This document shows, piece after piece, positions 59,790 through 64,000 of a stretch of 64,000 nt of DNA. Position numbers and translations under genes: made by a program. Each line of letters starts with the position of its first letter. Position 1 is the first letter of the stretch. A model generated the notes under the pieces. It was not told the DNA's origin and ran no database searches. It was given only the letters and a program-made list of their open reading frames with translations. Location of the stretch: contig UYFQ01000001.1 of NCBI GenBank assembly GCA_900617105.1, positions 1,178,001 to 1,242,000 on the forward strand. The letters run 5' to 3'. This DNA comes from Hydrurus foetidus (taxonomy: Eukaryota).

Positions 59790-61142
59790 ATGCCTGTGAC
59801 CGCCGTTTCCCTTCCTTCTTCCGGTTCCTTTTATGCTTTTGGCTCTTTCCGTGCAGCAGTGCGCGGTTTCGCGCTGGCAGCCTTGCCTTTGGCCTTGGTG
59901 GCCTGCGGCAAAAGCGGCGCAGCGGGTGGGCCTGGTGGCCCTGGCGGCGCAATGCCTCCCCCAGAGGTGGCAGTGATTACCGTGCAATCCGAAACCCAGC
60001 CGATTGAGCTGGAATACACCGGCCAAACGGCGGGCTCGCGTGAAACCGAGGTGCGCTCGCGTGTCGCCGGTATTTTGCTCAAGCGCTTGTACGAAGAGGG
60101 GGCTACTGTCAAAGCCGGTACCCCGTTGTTCCAAATTGACCCGGCCAATTTCCAAACCCAGGCAGCCTCCGCCGATGCCACCGTGGCTGTGGCCCAGGCC
60201 AAAGTCAACCAAGCCCGGCGCGACCAAGCCCGTTTGGCCCCGCTGATTGCCGAAAAAGCCATCAGCCAAAAAGAATACGACGACAGCAAGTCGGCACTGG
60301 AATCGGGCGAAGCTTCGCTCAAGCAAGCGCAGGCGCAAGCCAATGAGGCGCGGTTGAATCTGGGCTATACAAAAGTGATAGCACCCATCGCTGGTGTGAC
60401 GGGCGTTATAGCCAAATCAGACGGCAGCTTGGTGACAGCCGCCGACAGCCTGCTGACCACCATCGTGCAGACCCACCCGATGTACGTGAACTTCAGCATC
60501 TCTGAGAGCGATTTCCTGCGTTTGAACAAGCAGCTCAATGCGGGCCAGTTGAACGTGCCCGGCAAGCGTGCCACCAATGGCAGCTTGGGCTTCACCGTGA
60601 GCGTGAAACAAGCGGATGGCAGCATCTTCCCGCGCACAGGCAAGCTCAATTTCGCCAGTGAAAAGGTGAATACGCAGACCGGCAGCATCGACGCACGGGC
60701 TGAAATCCCCAACCCGGATGGTGCGTTGCGCCCCGGTCAGTTTGTGCGTGTGCTGCTCAGCGGTGCCAGCCGTCCCAACACCCTGGCCGTGCCCCAGCGG
60801 GCAGTGATCGACAGCCCGTTTGGCAAGATGGTGTTCACGGTGTCGCCAGACAACAAGCTGGTGCCCAACCCGGTTGAGCTGGGTGACTGGAGCCAAGGCA
60901 AATGGGCCGTGACCAAAGGCCTGAAAGACGGTGACGTGGTGCTGGTAGATGGCTTCATCAAAGCCCATGACCCTGGCATGACGGTCAAGCCCGTGCCCTA
61001 TGTGGCCCAAGCCCCCGGTGGCGGCGAGATGGGAGCCAAGTCTGCTGCTGCCGGTGCTGCAACAGCCGCGCCCGCCACTGGTGATAGCAAAGAAAAAGCC
61101 CCTGTTGCGCAGGCTGAATCAGCGTCTCCTGCTGCGAAATAA
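59790..61142 (+). CDS. RND efflux periplasmic adaptor (AcrA/MexA-like lipoprotein)
   Basis: Lipobox LVAC, EVRSRVAG, LFQIDP, APIAG, LRPGQF, VPQRAV. Confidence 0.92.
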   Translation: MPVTAVSLPSSGSFYAFGSFRAAVRGFALAALPLALVACGKSGAAGGPGGPGGAMPPPEVAVITVQSETQPIELEYTGQTAGSRETEVRSRVAGILLKRLYEEGATVKAGTPLFQIDPANFQTQAASADATVAVAQAKVNQARRDQARLAPLIAEKAISQKEYDDSKSALESGEASLKQAQAQANEARLNLGYTKVIAPIAGVTGVIAKSDGSLVTAADSLLTTIVQTHPMYVNFSISESDFLRLNKQLNAGQLNVPGKRATNGSLGFTVSVKQADGSIFPRTGKLNFASEKVNTQTGSIDARAEIPNPDGALRPGQFVRVLLSGASRPNTLAVPQRAVIDSPFGKMVFTVSPDNKLVPNPVELGDWSQGKWAVTKGLKDGDVVLVDGFIKAHDPGMTVKPVPYVAQAPGGGEMGAKSAAAGAATAAPATGDSKEKAPVAQAESASPAAK

Positions 61143-61157
61143 GGAGCAAACCTCACT

Positions 61158-64000
61158 ATGTTCTCTAAATTTTTCATCGACCGTCCGATTTTCGCGACGG
61201 TGTTGTCTTTGTTCCTGGTGCTGGCTGGATTGGCCGCCATGCGCGTGCTGCCTATCTCGCGCTACCCCGACATTTCGCCGCCTGTGGTGAATGTGCGGGC
61301 CATCTACCCTGGTGCTTCAGCCGAGGTGCTTGAATCCGCTGTCGCCGCACCCATTGAGCAGTCCATCAACGGCGTTGAAAAAATGCTGTACATGGATTCC
61401 ACCTCGTCAGGTGACGGCGCTGTCACCATCAACATCACGTTTGATGTGGGCACCAATCTCGACATTGCGGCGGTGAACGTGAACAACCGCGTGAACCAAG
61501 TCTTGAACAAGCTGCCCCAAGAAGTGCAGCGCCAGGGCGTGACGGTGTCCAAAAGCTCCGCCAACTTCATGGTGGTGGCCGCCACCTATTCGCCTGATGA
61601 CCGCTACGACTCGCTGTTCATCTCGAACTACGTGTCGCAGAACATGCTGGACGCCATCAAGCGTGTGCCCGGCACCACCAACGTGCAAATTTTCGGTGCT
61701 AAAGACTACGCCATGCGCCTGTGGCTGCGCCCTGACCGCATGGCCCAGTTGGGCATCACGGTGGGCGATATCAGCAGCGCCGTGACGGAGCAAAACGCCC
61801 AGTACGCAGCCGGCAAAATTGGCGCTCCTCCCAATAATTCAGAAGAGTTAACTCTGACAGTGACGGCCAAAGGCCGCCTGTTGAAGCCTGAAGAGTTTGG
61901 CAATATCGTCATCCGCAGCGGCGACAAAGGTGCGGTGGTGCGGCTGAAAGACGTGGCCCGCGTCGAGCTGGGTTCTAAAGACTACAACTTCTATGGCCGC
62001 GTCAACGGCCACCCCGCTGTGCCCGTGGGTGTGTTCTTGCAGACCGGTGCCAACGCGCTGGAAACCCGCAAAGCCGTGGAAAAGACGCTTCAGGAGCTCA
62101 AAGCCAAGTTCCCCGAAGGGCTGACCTATTCCACCCCTTACGACACCACGCCCTTTGTATCCGAATCCATTCATGAGGTGGTGGTCACGCTGGTGGAAGC
62201 CATGATTTTGGTGTTCCTGGTGGTGTATTTGTTCTTGCAAAGCTGGCGGGCCACCATCATCCCCACGTTGGCTGTGCCGGTGTCCCTGATTGGCACGATG
62301 GCGGGCCTGCATTTGCTGGGTTACAGCATCAACACGCTGACGCTGTTTGGCATGGTGCTGGCCATCGGTATCGTCGTTGACGATGCGATCGTGGTGTTGG
62401 AAAACGTCGAGCGTCTGATGCACGAGGAAGGCTTAAGCCCACGGGACGCGGCCATCAAAGCCATGCAAGAAGTGACCGGCCCGGTGATTGCCATCGTGTT
62501 GGTGCTGTGCGCGGCCTTCATCCCCGTCGCCTTCTTGGGGGGCTTGGCCGGCGAGCTGTACCGGCAGTTTTCGGTCACGATCTCTATCGCCGTGGTGCTG
62601 TCAGGCTTGGTGGCGCTCACCTTGACCCCGGCGTTGTGCGCTGTGTTGCTCAAGCCCGGCGCTGAGCGCAAAAATGCCTTCTTCACCGCCTTCAACAACG
62701 GTTTTGAGCGCCTCACGCACCGCTACACCCGAGGTGTGGGCTTCTTTTTGAAGCGTGGTTTCATCGGTTTGCTGCTTTTTGCGGGCATGGGCGTGTTGAC
62801 CGGCGTGTTGTTCAAAACCGTACCTGGTGCGTTGGTGCCGGACGAAGACCAAGGTTACTTTTTAGGGGCGGTGATCTTGCCCGAAGGTGCGGCTCTTGAC
62901 CGCACCGACCAAGTGGTGAAGAAAGTAGAAGCCGCCATGTCGACCAACAAAAACATCGACACCGTGTTCAGCTTGGTGGGTTTAAATTTTTTGGGTGGCG
63001 GTGGGCTGAAATCATCGGCTGCAACGATGTTTTTCCCGCTCAAACCCTGGGCAGAACGTGATCAATCGGCGAAACAACTGGTGGGTGAGTTCTACGGCAA
63101 AACTGGGGGCATTAAAGAGGGCCTGCCTCTGGCTTTTAGCCCCCCGGCCATCCAAGGTCTGGGTCAAACCGGTGGCTTTGAGTTTTACCTGCAAAACAAG
63201 GGTGACGGCGGCGTGCGCCGCTTGGCGCAAATCCTGCCAAAGTTGCTGGAAGAGGCCAACAAACAACCTGAGTTGCAAGGTGTTAAAACCCTGTGGCAAG
63301 CCAATTCGCCTCAGCTCTACGTCAACGTGGACACCGAAAAAGCCCGCGCTATGGGCATCAACGTAGCGGATATTTACAACACCTTGGCCGCCACCCTGGG
63401 CAGCTACTACGTGAATGATTTCAACAAAAGTGGCCGCATTTACCAGGTGCTGATGCAGGCAGAGGGGCAATTTCGCTCCAAGCCTGAAGATATTGGTGCG
63501 CTGTATGTGCGCTCTAAAACCGGCCAGATGATCCAAATCCGCTCTGTGTCTGAGGTCAAGTTTGTCGCCGGGCCGGATTCGGTGCAGCACTTTAACGCGC
63601 TGCCCTCCATCCAAATTTTGGGTGACCCCAAGCCCGGCTACAGCTCAGGCCAAGCCATTGCCGCGATGGAGCGGGCGGCCCAAGCCGTGCTGCCTACCGA
63701 CATGGGCTACGACTGGGGTGGCTCTGCGTTTCAACAAAAGCGCAGCAGCGGATCCAGTGGTGTTGCGCTCGGCGCTGGTTTTGTGATGATCTTTTTGATC
63801 TTGGCCGCGCAGTATGAAAAGTGGTCGTTGCCCTTGTCGGTGCTGCTGGCCTTGCCGTTTGGCATCTTCGGTGCGCTGACCGCCGTGTATCTGCGCAACT
63901 TCGCCAACGACGTGTACTTCCAGATTGGCTTGGTCACCCTGTTGGGCTTGTCCGCTAAAAACGCCATTTTGATTGTGGAGTTCGCCACGATGAAGGTTCA
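61158..64000 (+). CDS. RND efflux inner-membrane transporter (AcrB/MexB family), runs off the right edge
   Basis: AGGAG RBS; MFSKFFIDRPIFA, GIVVDDAIVVLENVER, GLSAKNAILIVEFA. Confidence 0.95.
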   Translation, partial: MFSKFFIDRPIFATVLSLFLVLAGLAAMRVLPISRYPDISPPVVNVRAIYPGASAEVLESAVAAPIEQSINGVEKMLYMDSTSSGDGAVTINITFDVGTNLDIAAVNVNNRVNQVLNKLPQEVQRQGVTVSKSSANFMVVAATYSPDDRYDSLFISNYVSQNMLDAIKRVPGTTNVQIFGAKDYAMRLWLRPDRMAQLGITVGDISSAVTEQNAQYAAGKIGAPPNNSEELTLTVTAKGRLLKPEEFGNIVIRSGDKGAVVRLKDVARVELGSKDYNFYGRVNGHPAVPVGVFLQTGANALETRKAVEKTLQELKAKFPEGLTYSTPYDTTPFVSESIHEVVVTLVEAMILVFLVVYLFLQSWRATIIPTLAVPVSLIGTMAGLHLLGYSINTLTLFGMVLAIGIVVDDAIVVLENVERLMHEEGLSPRDAAIKAMQEVTGPVIAIVLVLCAAFIPVAFLGGLAGELYRQFSVTISIAVVLSGLVALTLTPALCAVLLKPGAERKNAFFTAFNNGFERLTHRYTRGVGFFLKRGFIGLLLFAGMGVLTGVLFKTVPGALVPDEDQGYFLGAVILPEGAALDRTDQVVKKVEAAMSTNKNIDTVFSLVGLNFLGGGGLKSSAATMFFPLKPWAERDQSAKQLVGEFYGKTGGIKEGLPLAFSPPAIQGLGQTGGFEFYLQNKGDGGVRRLAQILPKLLEEANKQPELQGVKTLWQANSPQLYVNVDTEKARAMGINVADIYNTLAATLGSYYVNDFNKSGRIYQVLMQAEGQFRSKPEDIGALYVRSKTGQMIQIRSVSEVKFVAGPDSVQHFNALPSIQILGDPKPGYSSGQAIAAMERAAQAVLPTDMGYDWGGSAFQQKRSSGSSGVALGAGFVMIFLILAAQYEKWSLPLSVLLALPFGIFGALTAVYLRNFANDVYFQIGLVTLLGLSAKNAILIVEFATMKV

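Overview
GC-rich betaproteobacterial chromosome segment; gene content and repeat style suggest Comamonadaceae (inference). Left (1-25.1 kb): partial NAD-glutamate dehydrogenase, Uma2 nuclease, MFS, mnmH, an octaheme-cytochrome/TPR + sulfatase + LysR cassette, and an aromatic-acid cluster. That cluster holds a Liv-type ABC importer, a salicylate-5-hydroxylase-like Rieske alpha/beta pair, an embedded AbiEi/AbiEii pair, benzoate-CoA ligase, flavodoxin and boxR-boxC-boxB, with no boxA. Centre (~25.1-41.5 kb): a mobile-element-like island starting right after the boxB stop. It carries an orphan polymorphic-toxin C-terminus with a putative immunity gene, DUF4291-like, ORF6N, XRE HTH, CHC2/Toprim primase-helicase and tyrosine recombinase genes. 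A 7,234-bp block of it is tandemly duplicated, and the junction fuses the recombinase in frame to the toxin C-terminus. An 11-mer, TCTTTAGCCGC, recurs at primase domain linkers and at the right end. Right: vapBC, a dapA paralogue with a Lys-containing leader peptide/attenuator, moaE, norR-hmp, an internally deleted copy of the neighbouring bug/tctC gene, clpB, AraC/MFS, pobA-pobR and TetR-AcrAB-type efflux (partial). No rRNA, tRNA or CRISPR array was recognised. All family calls come from motif recognition by eye, not database searches.
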